Source of the DNA: Octopus vulgaris
Lineage: Eukaryota
Assembly: GCA_951406725.2 (NCBI GenBank)
Contig: OX597836.1
Location: forward strand, 620,001 to 684,000
Direction of reading: 5' to 3'
DNA length: 64,000 bases
Position numbers and translations under genes: made by a program. Numbering within the stretch: position 1 is the stretch's first letter; every line of letters starts with the position of its first letter. Shown piece after piece: positions 14,093-25,918 of this stretch. A model generated the notes under the pieces. It was given only the letters and a program-made list of their open reading frames with translations, was not told where the DNA came from and did not search any database.

Positions 14093-15534
14093 CAAACACA
14101 CACACACATGATTTCTTTCATTTTTTTACCCAGTTTTTCTCTTCAGTTTTACTCTCCTTTTGCTGTCGTTTTCCATTCAATGATCCCATGTCCAGTCATA
14201 ATTACTATATTTGAGACAAGCAAATTGGGTTGGTCCAGGTTTACTGATTTAATATTATCTTTTGGGGAGAAGGGTAAGGAATTTTGGGTAGGAAAAGAAA
14301 ATGCATGGTTCAGAAAATAATAATAATTCATGCATCAGTCATGCAAAAGTGAATCCTGTGAAGGAGGAAAGAAAAAGAAGCAAAAACAAACCTGGCAAAC
14401 TGCAAAAAGGAAAAGGCTAAATGTGCAAGTAAACAAGAAATAATTAATCTGACTTAATTAACCTCATGTACATTATTAGTTTCTACTAAATGTTATACAT
14501 TTATGGGAGAGTAGGTATTGATGATTGAATCAACTCCAAAGATATGCTTGGAGAAGGATAAAAATTATTATGTGATTTTTAACTCTAGATAACTAGAAAA
14601 ATTTTAAGGAAAAGCTTGATAGCTGCTTTGTGCAGATCAAAGAGCAAAACAGAATTTCTATCTCACTGGGTATGTAATTTTAAAAACCATCAAGAATTTG
14701 TAGAGGAGGATATCTGATTACTATACTGAGCATGTTAGGCTACTTCACAGTCTCATGTAGATCTTGCTTTAATGACAACAGGGTATTTATTGTGGAGAGA
14801 TTTAAATGCTACATTGAACAAGCCAAGCAACAACAGAAATGTTTTTGCCACTGACTGATGTAGACCTTATTTTAAAGACATTTGGAAGTTTGTTAAAAGA
14901 GAGACTCAATCTTTATTCAGAAGTTAAATGACTTCCCAGAAACTGGAGTATATGGAAGATGTCATCAATATCAGCAATGTAAAGAAAATGGTCTAAAAAT
15001 ATATGGGAGTCAAGTTACAGAATGTTGTAGAAGTGGTCAAGGAATTGCAAAACTGAAACTGTGCAGAAACACACATGCAATCCCACCACAGCAGGTAACT
15101 GGGTGTGCATTTGGGAAGTATAAGTAAATAAAGGATAAACATTTATTCCTTATACTAGTGTATTTTAAACAGGGTTTACATGTTTAAAATTTTGTGATTA
15201 ACAAGGGATCAGCTCCAGTAACTTGAACGAGGTACAGAAATAGATGCTGTAGTAGCATTAATGCCTTTCAATCCCCACCTCCAATGATAACGACAGAGTA
15301 GAATGCTCCATGAAAAGGAAACCATTTTTTGCTGACTCACTTCACAGAAAACTTTATCCTCCCTCTAATATGGGTTTATCTGAATGGTTGCGGTGGTGAT
15401 GGTGGTGGAAACATAATTGCCAGGAAGGAAAAAAAGAGGTTAATTAATTCAGTCTTGATTTAATTAATTACTTCTTGTTGTAATCCCACATCTCAGAGTT
15501 ACCGAAATGTTAATGTGCAAGTAACTGTACTTAC

Positions 15535-15588
15535 AGAAGTGTTTTTGCCATTTTTGTTGGTGACCTTTAACAGTGACCCTTCATAACC
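15535..15588 (-). CDS. cpo: Coding exon B (54 bp, phase 0/0): GYEGSLLKVTNKNGKNTS
   Basis: Minus strand reads ctttctttccag|GGTTATGAAGGG...AACACTTCT|gtaagt. It continues exon A in frame and matches the cpo GYEGSLLKVT segment. Too short for the ORF track. Intron A-B is 27,554 bp. Confidence 0.95.
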
Positions 15589-17964
15589 CTGGAAAGAAAG
15601 GTAAGAAATCTAGTCTCATCACCCAGGTGAACGGTGCAAGAAACACATTGAATACTCATGCTGGCTTTTTCTTTAATTTTATGTCTTTTTTTAATCATTT
15701 ATTTTTCTTTTAATAAAAAAAATGTGTTATAAAAAAAAAGAAATAAGAATATATATATATATATAATTAGAAATAAAACATAACAAAAAGTGAGAAAAAT
15801 TAAAATAATGATAGATGATATATAAGAAGAGAAGAAGAATGGGAAGAGATTAAAGCTGTAACATGCATTTTCCTACATTCTAAGAGTATAATTCAGCATA
15901 CAGGGTGTGCAGATGATGGGAAGCTTCAGGTCCACCCTGACTGAGAAAACCTATAATCAATGATATTCTAGCTATTCCCATCTTGTCTTTTTAGGAATGT
16001 GTAAGACTGCATTACATAATGTCCTTTCTTTAAGACAATGTGGTATGATTTGAGGGAGAACTGGCTATTATTTCTAACAAGTTGCATGACCATTTGTTAC
16101 CTCAATGTTCTTAATGGTAGCAATAATGTAAAGAACAATGAAAAGACAAGCAAATAGCAGGTTCAATTTCATATGTAGCTGGTGAAGTTGCATACTTGAA
16201 GATAAGCAGAAGTGTAGACTTGATACTTTCTACCAATTACTAATTGAACTGATTACTGGTATTCTGTTATAGAACCAGAAAAAAACAATTCATTACCTCA
16301 TTTGTATTATTGATGCAACTTATCAGTGCACCCTCTTACTGTGCTGCTTTCCCTATTATCGTGTTAAGGCATACTGGTGAACTTGAAATCACCATGCAAA
16401 TTTAAACTAAATACTCATCAATATGATAGTGGGGCCACTGATTATAACTTTAATACAGTGTAGTAGCAACATAAAGATTGCCTATTGATAAGTGTGTCTA
16501 GGGCCACAGGCATTGACCAGTTTGCTGGGCATCTTATTGATTTACCTATCTTGCCTACTTAACAGACAAACTAAGATGGCTGCAAGTGTGAAAGATTTGA
16601 ACTCAGACTATAAAGAGAATTTGCTAATTGCCATGTGACATTCTGTATAGAATTCACAACCTTTTTTAAGAATAATGATTTCTTATATAACTACAGGGCT
16701 ACAAGTGTTGATGGCAATGTGGTACAGTATAGTAGATTAGATCAAACCCAGTAATTGACCAAGACATAATTTCATTGAGCCCTGAAGGATGAAATGTAAT
16801 TTTTTTTTTATTCTGGTAGTGTTTAAATTAGAACTAAGACACAAAACTAAATATCACAAGACATTCTGTCCAGTGTCCCATCAGTTCTACCATTTGCTAC
16901 CATAATAATAATGATTTTTTTTAAAACCATGAGTAAAACTATGCCAATGAAAAATGAAGCAAAAAAAAAGAAATAAATAAAAAATTGAAAACACACATAA
17001 GTAGGTGTGTACGCACATATGTTCATACATATGTGAGCACACACTCAGTAGTCATAAAATAAATTACAAACAAAATAAATTAAAAGGAAATTAAATAATA
17101 AAATAAAAGCAAATTTTTTTTCTCAATTCCTTAGTTATTTCGTCCCATTTCTTTTTCATACACATTATTTATTTGCAAGGTGTGAACAAACGTGACTTGT
17201 GCATGTGAGGTGTGAAATGTGAGGTGCAACTCTATATGGAAAAACAAATGAAAAAACAAACAAACAAAACAGCAACAAAAAAGACACACTGGCAGTCCTA
17301 TTTTACACACACACACACACACACAAACACACACGCATACATACATACACACACACAAACACACACACGACCACCCGTGTGCATGCATGTGTGTGATAGT
17401 AAATAAATACGTATATATTGGTATGCAGATATGTGTGTATATATTCATTTATATATTACACACATACACGATTTTATATCTGTATTTGAATGTGTATTTC
17501 TCTCTCTCTATATATATATGAGAGAGTACATGCATACATACATGCACACGTGTGTGCATGTGTGTGTGTGTTTGTATGTGTATGTGTGTGCTGTGTATAT
17601 ATATATATAGACACAAAACACTCAAATCCAAGAAGACTAGTGTTGGGCTGGATTGGAAAAAATTGCTTCTATTAACCAAGTTTAGAATTTGCCTCAGTAT
17701 TAGTGCCAATGGAAATGAAGTTTCTGAAATTGCTAAAACAGTCCTTCTTTAAAAATAGTAGAAAGTTTTCTTTCAGCCTAGAAGAGCACTGACCAACTCA
17801 ACGTGTTCAGATATTAAAACATGAAGATTGGAAAATTTTTCTCTGCTTGCAAAGATCCTTGCCTAAGATATCACAAACTACTTGCAGAACAGAAGAAATT
17901 TCAATATTATTTATGTATATATACATATGCATATATATATGTGTATATATATGCATATATATAT

Positions 17965-19662
17965 GTTGACATCACTGTATCAGTGATGTCAACCCCAACA
18001 CACTATATCGGACATAACGTTTGGTGCCCCTGATGTCTTAGCGGCAATAACCGAAATAAAACACAATTCAGCAGTAGGCCCCGATAGGTTCCCTGCTTGT
18101 GTCCTGAAGGTGTGTCGACACCAACTTGCATCTCCCCTTGCTAATCTGTGGAGAAACTCACTGGATGCTGGCTATATTCCAAAAAACCTTCTGTCCCAGT
18201 TTTCAAAAAAGGAAACAAGTCCCTTGCAGTGAACTACCGTCCGATCTCACTCACCTCTCATATCATCAAGGTATTTGAGAGGGTGGTGAGATCTCGAATA
18301 ACCCAATTTCTGGAAAGCAACAGACGGCTGATCTCTAACCAACATGGGTTCCGTAATGGAAGGGACTGCCTAACGCATCTCCTGCATCACTTTGATGACA
18401 TTTTGAGAACTTTGGGAGAGGGCTCCAACACCGATGTCATCTACCTTGATTTCAGCAAGGCCTTCGACAGGGTTGATCACAAGATCCTATTGAAAAACTA
18501 TCCAACATTGGTGTCTCTGGAAAGTTACTGAAATGGATCAAGTGTTTCCTGACAGACAGATCTCAACATGTTGTAGTTGAAGGGGTAAAATCAAGCCCAG
18601 CCAAAGTCAGTAGTGGCGTTCCACAAGGCACTGTGCTGGGCCCACTTCTTTTCATCATCTACATTAATGACATTAATGACATCATCAAGCACAGCAACAT
18701 AAAAATCTTTGCAGATGATTCCAAGCTACAGAAGGTCATAAATGAGGCGAGTGACCGGACATGCCTTCAGTCAGATCTACTGGCTGTTATCCAATGGGCA
18801 GAAAAAAACAATATGCTGCTGAACGAAGATAAATTTGAGTTAATCCACTTTGGAAAAGAGGATGCCCTGAAACTCCCATACTCCCTTCCTTCAGGTGAAA
18901 CTCTCGAGGCATCCAACAACATCAGAGACTTGGGAGTAATTGTGGACAACAACATAAGCTGGGCCACTCATATAAACACCAAAGTTGACATGGCCCGCAG
19001 AATGTGTTCTTGGATTCTCAGAACTTTCCAGTCGAGAGATATCCACACCATTATCCTTCTCTTCTCCACTTTTGCCCGACCCCACCTTGAATACTGTTGT
19101 CCACTGTGGTCTCCCCACACAAAACAAAGTATCATAAAAGTTGAAGCACCTCAAAGGGCAATCACAAAAAAGATAGATGGCATGACAGGCCTCGACTATT
19201 GGGGTCGACTAGAAAAGCTAAAACTTTATTCTCTCCAACGTCGCCGTGAGCGCTACATCATCTGCATGATGTGGAAAATATTCCATCAGCATTGCCCAAA
19301 TGATGTTGGCATCACCTTTAAGGTGCATCCAAGGCTTGGGCCCCGTGCCATCTGCCCAAAACAAAAATCGCACTCTCATCTCATAACAACAATACGGCAC
19401 AATTATTTCACCTCAATTGGCCCCGCTCTCTTTAACATTACACCAAAACACATTAAAACAGAAACAGACCCTATAGGGTTCAAGAAGTCTTTGGACAGAT
19501 TCCTTCAAGAAATCCCGGATAAACCCCCTACACCCGGATATGTCTCTGTAAACAATAACTCTCTACTTGAGTGGGCCATAGTGCCCAAATTCTGACTTGA
19601 AAGACTTCACCAGGTGGTGCTATTAAGTTAGACATGGCCTGGGCCAATAATGGCCGAATCAA
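17965..19662 (+). mobile_element. 5'-truncated CR1/L2-group LINE (ORF2 reverse transcriptase and 3' UTR), two frameshifts
   Basis: Motifs GPD, YRPISLTS, QHGFR, YLDFSKAFD, SGVPQGTVLGPLLF, FADD, RDLGV, RPHLEYC, LQRRR (ORFs 18148-18531 and 18633-19595). Frameshifts near 18190 and 18495; stop at 19595; GGCCA-ATAA-TGGCC stem-loop in the 3' UTR. Confidence 0.95.
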
Positions 19663-19757
19663 AATAAGCAACAAGAATAACTTCGGTAATTTGGTACGAT
19701 CGTTTCATACTACATCATTTTATTAAATGTTGTACATATTACGACAGTTTTAAAATG

Positions 19758-19759
<2 letters not shown>

Positions 19760-19809
<50 letters not shown>

Positions 19810-19826
19810 TATATATGTAAATACAT

Positions 19827-19919
<93 letters not shown>

Positions 19920-19959
19920 ATATATATATATATATATATATACATATATGCATATATAT

Positions 19960-19991
<32 letters not shown>
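19760..19991. repeat. Long (TA)n microsatellite, representative of dozens of TA/CA/TACA/GATA tracts (e.g. 20400-20748, 48865-48935, 49360-49495, 62257-62555)
   Basis: Direct reading; source of the [12 protein letters not shown] ORFs. Confidence 0.98.
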
Positions 19992-19993
<2 letters not shown>

Positions 19994-20169
19994 CGTTTAT
20001 ATATTTGTTTTGCAAGATTTTTGATGTGAAATCCTGTGTTGAAACAGATATTGTTGTATTTAGGAATGGTCATATTGCCAGTTTAGCCAATAAAAACACA
20101 CGCACTATATATTTGGTGTTACTTTGCTTCAGCGTTATTTATTTTTTACATTAATCTCAATCTTATTTC

Positions 20170-20214
20170 GGCCAGAGTTCTTTCATCACACTCCTGTGAC
20201 CTCATCAGTGGTCC
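20170..20214 (-). ncRNA. Minimal hammerhead-like motif with one extra nucleotide after A9
   Basis: Minus strand: GGACCA-CUGAUGA-G-GUCAC-AGGAGU-GUGAU-GAAA-G-AA-CUC^UGGCC. It lies in a ~340-bp element between TA tracts (about 19991-20330). Confidence 0.5.
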
Positions 20215-20747
20215 TTTGCTTTCTTCTTTCTTATTTGTGTGTCCCTCCTTACTAACAGTCAGCCATTTTGTATTTTGTATTTCTATTGTATGTGTCTTCT
20301 CTATGTGTGTCTATGTTTAGTTAGTGTGTGTGTGTGTGGGGGGAAGTGCCTGTAATATTTGTATGTCCTGTTTATATATGTTCGTGTAATTTGTTTTTGT
20401 TTATATATACATACATATATATATACATATATATACGTACATACATATATATTCATATATATATATCTACATACACATATATATATACATACACACACAT
20501 ACATGTAGATATATACATACATGTATACATATACACATATATGCATGCATACATATACACATACATGCATGCAAATGTATACATATATATACATACATAC
20601 ATATACATATATATATATACATACATATACATATATATACATACATATACATATATATACATACATATACATACATACATATACATACATACATACATAT
20701 ACATACATACATATACATATATATACATACATACATATACATATATA

Positions 20748-21532
20748 TTGCTATAAAACAAGAAATCATTTTATCTTGTACTTATTCTCAGTGTAAGTTT
20801 TGCAGAGTGCAGTTTGATTTTCACAGTTATTTTTCAAAGCTATAATGGAAGAGACGTAGGAACATATTCAGCATATTTTGTTTTATGAGTTCAATAAAGG
20901 CAAGAACATTACGAAAAGAGCGAGGAATATTAATGCGGTATATAGAAATCTATCAACAAGCATAAGCCAGTGTCAACAGTGGTTCCAGACATTTCTAGCA
21001 GATCCTAGCAGATGAGCCTTGTCCTGGAAGATCTGTAGAGCTTAGCAAGGACATCCTGCAAACCCTGGTGGAACAAAATCATTCAACCTGTCATTCAAGT
21101 CAGCCCTAGAAGAAAAACGATCATCATTGGTTTAAAGATGAAAAGTCTTCTTCCATCAGGATAATGCTTGGTCACATACAGCGAAGATGACATTCCAAAG
21201 GGTGGAGCAGTTTGAATGGGAAATGATGCCCGACCCACTATATTTGCTGGAAATTGCCTTATCTGATTATCATTTATTCTGAAGTCTTCAAAATCATTTG
21301 GACAGAAAAAATATGAATTCTGTAGATGAGGTCAGAAGAGTACTGGAGGATATTTTTCATCCCAGACAAGTGAAATTTGGAAGAGGGACCTTGCGAATCT
21401 ATGAGATAGATGGAAGAGCATTGTAGAAAATGAAGGAGAGTGCAATTTAGATTAAAAAAAGAAATTTGTTTATCTCAATTTTGAAAAATAAAAGATGCAT
21501 TAAAAAAATCACATTATCCATGGGATGACCCA

Positions 21533-21535
<3 letters not shown>
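20748..21535 (+). mobile_element. Internally deleted mariner relic
   Basis: ATG at 20845 gives MEET*EHIQHILFYEFNKGKN (mariner HTH start); later HQDNAWSH and IALSDYHLF (D34D region). Right-TIR-like cattatccatgggatgacccaat precedes (TA)n. Confidence 0.85.
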
Positions 21536-21593
<58 letters not shown>

Positions 21594-21601
21594 CATACAT
21601 A

Positions 21602-22440
21602 TAGGGTGCAATGGGTAAATTGTCACCATTATTTATTTTTAATTTCACACATGCACATTGTTGTTTTTGATTTTGTGCAACTATACAGTATAGTAGTGTG
21701 AGTTGGGCCCCATCTATGAGAAAAACAACACCATGACACAATTCACTCTGTCAGAAATTTGGAAACGATATGCTGTACTGCTTGGCATTCATGCCCGAAG
21801 CTCCAATACGAAAATATCAGTGTTTGGGACTCAATCTGAGGAAAGTGCAGACGACTCAGAAAAAGTTGTATGAGTCTAATGATGATTACGAAGGTACGGC
21901 AACTCAGAATACTCATTCAGATCGTTTTGATGAGAAAAAACTCCTGAATTTGTTGGTGAGATCCAGGCCATGACTGACAACGATCCAACCAAGTCAATCA
22001 GGTCAATCTCCAAGGACATGGGAGTATCTGAGTTTCTTATCAGGCAGGTGGTGCATGAAGACATTCAGTATTCCTCATACAAGAAGAGAAAGGACTAATT
22101 TTTAGCCCAAGCTATCAAGCATGAGAGGAAAGACTGTGCTGGAAAGCTTTTGAATAAATTCATGCATCTTCTCTAATCAAACATTTCTTGGTTTTTCTCA
22201 GATGAGAAAAATTTCTGCCAGGATCAGATGGTGAACACACAGAACAACCATTGGTTGGCTGTGACCCTAAAATATGTACATCAAGTGATAAAAATCAAAC
22301 ATCCAGTCAATATCATGGTGTTTGGAGTGATCACCAGTGATGGTGATGTTATGCCTCCATTCATCTTCCCACATGGCCTCAGAGTCAACACAGGCCTACA
22401 TTAAGTGCCCGGAGGAGGTAGTGCTGCCCTGGGTCAAAAG
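21602..22440 (+). mobile_element. Tc1/mariner-superfamily (maT/DD37D-like) transposase relic, 3' truncated at a SINE
   Basis: FFSDEKNFCQDQ and KHPVNIMVFGVITSDGDVMPPFIFPHGLRVNT are readable at about 22190-22395; the element starts right after a TA tract. Confidence 0.8.
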
Positions 22441-23235
22441 GAGGTAGTGCTGGTTCTCATGCTGGTGAAAAGCACCATCCAAACATGGTCGATGTCAGCC
22501 CCCTCTGGTTCCCATGTTGGTGGAGTGTAAAAAGCACTCACTACACTCTCAGAGTGGTTGGCATTAGGAAGGGCATCCGGCTGTTGAAAACACTTCCTGA
22601 TCAGATTGGAGCCTGGTGCAGCCTCCTGGCTTCCCAGACACCTAGCCGAATCGTCCAACCCATGCCAGCATGGAAAAGGGACTTTAAACGATGATGATGA
22701 TGATATACATATATAATTAAATAAATAGATAAATAAAGTATTAGGAAAATATGGGCGTACGCAATATTTTAATCCAACATGCATACATATATATATATAT
22801 GGATCATGCTAGCAGTTCTACCCATGCTAGCATGGAAGACAGACGTTAAATGATGATGATGATGATATGCATATATATATACTGTAGGTGGTTTGCAAGA
22901 TTCTGTGAATTCGTGTGTTGAAGTATATTTTATTGTATATGGGGAGAGTCATTCTATTTTAATACCTTATTAACTAACACACTCAATGTTTTCATCTCCA
23001 CTGATTTACTTATTGAACTTCAGCGATTGAAGCAGTGGTAAGAAGCAACAAAAATACATGTTAATGCAATTGAAACAATTGTTGGATTTATGAGGTGAGA
23101 TCTAAAGTACGGATATAATTTTTTTCTGTACATAATTTTAGTTGTTATATATTTATATATATATATATGCATACACACACATAATATAAATATGCATATA
23201 TGGATATATATATATATACATAAATACACACACAC

Positions 23236-23276
<41 letters not shown>

Positions 23277-23419
23277 ACCTCAAACCCACAAGAGTAAAGA
23301 AGAGAGACAGAGACAGGCAGAAAGAAGGAAAATGCCACTTGTATTTGAACACTATGCAAATATTCTTTCAAAAAATCTTTTCTTTTAATTTTTCCAAATT
23401 TAATTGTTTTCCATACTCA

Positions 23420-23455
23420 CAGTTGAAAAAGTCTCAATGACTGAAACCGGTACTG
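23420..23455 (+). ncRNA. Variant minimal hammerhead (U3-A8 core)
   Basis: CAG-UUGAAAA-AGUC-UCAAU-GACU-GAAA-CCG-GUA^CUG. The C3-G8 pair is replaced by U3-A8 and ACCGGU is a palindrome. Confidence 0.65.
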
Positions 23456-23506
23456 AAATGTTTTTTATAAAATTGTTTTAACATTTTCTATCTTGACCTT
23501 TTTTCC

Positions 23507-23561
<55 letters not shown>

Positions 23562-23747
23562 AGTAGTTGAATGAATTATCTTATTAAGGATAATTCGGTT
23601 AACCGATACCTGGGTAGCAAATTCACGTCAGAAAAACACAGTTGAAGCTACATGCCAAGGGCAGAGATCACGTGCTTTCGTGTGGAAATTTGTGTGTTTT
23701 TTTAATACAAATAAATGAAAGAATGGAGTTGAACGACGAATTAACAA

Positions 23748-23850
23748 AATTCCTTTATTCTCGACATATGTTTCGAAGGCTGCATATTCCTAATTTCGAA
23801 GGAATAAGGGGTGCATTATGCCGCCTTCTCATCAGGAAAAACAAGGAACT
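23748..23850 (-). ncRNA. Type I hammerhead ribozyme motif, canonical core with GUC cleavage triplet
   Basis: Minus strand: AGUUCCUUGUUUUUC-CUGAUGA-GAAGGCGGCAUA...UAUGCAGCCUUC-GAAA-C-AUAU-GUC^GAGAAUAAAGGAAUU. Helix I is 13 bp with a 2x2 internal loop, helix II is closed by GAAGGC/GCCUUC, and ACAUAUGU is a palindrome. Predicted cleavage between 23763 and 23762. Confidence 0.9.
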
Positions 23851-23968
23851 TATGTCAGCATCAAGATGAACAAAAAATAAAGGAATTTTGTTAATTCTTT
23901 CATTTATTTATTTATATATATATATATATGTATATATATTTATATATGCATATATATTTATATGCATA

Positions 23969-24011
<43 letters not shown>

Positions 24012-24329
24012 ACATATATGTTTATCTATCTATCTGTCTATCTATCTATCTATCAATCTATCTATCTATCTATCTAGATATTATCCACCACATTATCTGC
24101 ACTCCATGCTTTTAAGCTAGCTCCTGCAGAGGTCTAATTGTACCTGCAGCCCAAAACTAAGGAGACCAATAATAATAAACTATTTATTGCTCCCCTACCA
24201 TCTCAGATTTATATCACAGAGTATCACATTCGGAGACTTTTGTATCACAGTGACAACTGGAGATCACTGTAAAGCAGCAAGATAAAGGAACTCTTGATTT
24301 TACTATTTCGTATGAGTATGAAGAGATTG

Positions 24330-24686
24330 TTGCTATTTCCAGCTTTGGAACCAACATAGAATTGACTATGGGAAAAGTACTGCTGCATGAGGAGAAGTCC
24401 AACAATTTTCAGTAAAATGTTCTTAACTCGTGTTAACTGACATTGCAAAACTAATTCTTACTGGAAATTGAGTCACTTGAATTCAAAGCTCATGTCTGCT
24501 GGAATCAGTGGAATTTTTGGGATAAACACATTTTCTCCCTTTCCTTTTCCAGTGAGGATTATTGTTTCCAAAAGATGTGGACACATTTGCCTTAGAATAA
24601 GTCTTGTTCCATTGCACAACTTTGTAGGATCCAGATTTCTCAAAAGCATGACTGGAACTCCTTTCTTCAATTTCAGTTTTTGAGAA

Positions 24687-24691
<5 letters not shown>
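24330..24691 (-). mobile_element. Helitron Pif1-like helicase C-terminal fragment
   Basis: PSQKLKLKKGVPVMLLRNLDPTKLCNGTRL...FIPKIPLIP, then frameshifted SFAMSVN and FSHSQFYVG (helicase motifs IV-VI). Confidence 0.9.
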
Positions 24692-24727
<36 letters not shown>

Positions 24728-24763
24728 ACACATACATGCATACTTATATCTATGTATATGCAT

Positions 24764-24794
<31 letters not shown>

Positions 24795-24795
<1 letters not shown>

Positions 24796-25180
24796 CATCA
24801 TCATCATCATCATTTAGCGTCCGCTTTCCATGCTAGCATGGGTTGGACGGTTCAACTGGGTTCTGGGAAGCCAGAAGGCTGCACCAGGCCCAGTCTGATC
24901 TGGCAATGTTTCTACAGCTGGATGCCCTTCCTAACGCCAACCACTCCGTGAGTGTAGTGGGTGCTTTTTACGTGCCACCGGCACAGGTACCAGATGAGGC
25001 TGGCAAATGGCCACAATCGGATGGTGCTTTTTACGTACCACCGGCACGGGGGCCAGGCGTGGCTGGCAACAGCCACGATCGGATGGTGCTTTTTACGTGC
25101 CACCGGCACGAGGTCAGTTGGGGCGGTGCTGGCAACGGCTATGTTCGGATGGTTCTCTTACGTACCACAGACACTGGTAT
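24795..25180 (-). mobile_element. SINE-like repeat with a (GAT)n RTE-like tail and internal ~61-bp tandem units
   Basis: gtggttggcgttaggaagggcatccagctgtagaaac...ccaacccatgctagcatggaaagcggacgctaaatgatgatg on minus. Family copies at about 22445-22703, 25240-25400, 30430-30670, 32975-33115, 38915-39140, 48585-48700 and 54270-54450. Confidence 0.8.
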
Positions 25181-25466
25181 ATATGCATTTGGAAGGGCAT
25201 CCTGCTGTAAAAATCATGCCAAAACTAACTTTACCTGTGCTAGTGTCACATAAAATGTGCTGAGCCCACTCTGCAGGGTGGTGGTGTTAGGAAGGGCATC
25301 TAGCTGTAAAAACCCTGCCAAAGTAGTTTTCTACCTGGCTGGCTCCTGTGAACCATCCAACCCATGCATGTATGGAAAACTGATGTTAAACAATGATGTT
25401 TCTATATATGCATATATATATATATATATATCTATATATGTATATATATGCACATATGTATGAATA

Positions 25467-25505
<39 letters not shown>

Positions 25506-25583
25506 ACTATTCAACTATGAAATAACTATATATAATCAATTTGTATTGTTCTCTCTCTCTCTATATATATATATATATACATG

Positions 25584-25649
<66 letters not shown>

Positions 25650-25786
25650 TATATTAATAAATATATTAATAAATATATTAATAAATATAAGGGTAGCAAA
25701 ATTCTAGAAAATTCTAGAAAAAATTCTCCGCTACCAGTGGTCTAGTGAGAAAGAAAAGATAGTCAAAGACTATATAATATACATTC

Positions 25787-25918
25787 AACAATATAAGGAA
25801 TGGCCCTGATAGGCCATTCGACTTACTAGAAAGAGCAGCCAAACTCAAACCGCTAAATAGTTTAGCGGTTTGAGTTTGGCTGCTCTTCCTACAGGGCCAT
25901 TCCTTATATTATTGAATA
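25787..25918. repeat. Fold-back element: 27-bp perfect inner arms (3-nt loop) plus outer arms, between TA tracts
   Basis: aagagcagccaaactcaaaccgctaaa-tag-tttagcggtttgagtttggctgctctt; outer arms attcaacaatataaggaatggccctg / cagggccattccttatattattgaat. Confidence 0.85.

Noticed and set aside
14600-15350. Possible L1/Tx1 RT relic (YMEDV, LGVHLG fragments)
   Set aside because: Only two short degenerate motifs; cannot be supported without a profile search.
23020-23090. GAAACAAUUGUU (hammerhead 3' half) on the plus strand
   Set aside because: No CUGANGA-like core or helix I partner upstream.
24955-25170. Regularly spaced repeats resembling a CRISPR array
   Set aside because: Eukaryotic context, inter-repeat segments are themselves similar, no cas genes; it is a minisatellite inside a SINE-like repeat.
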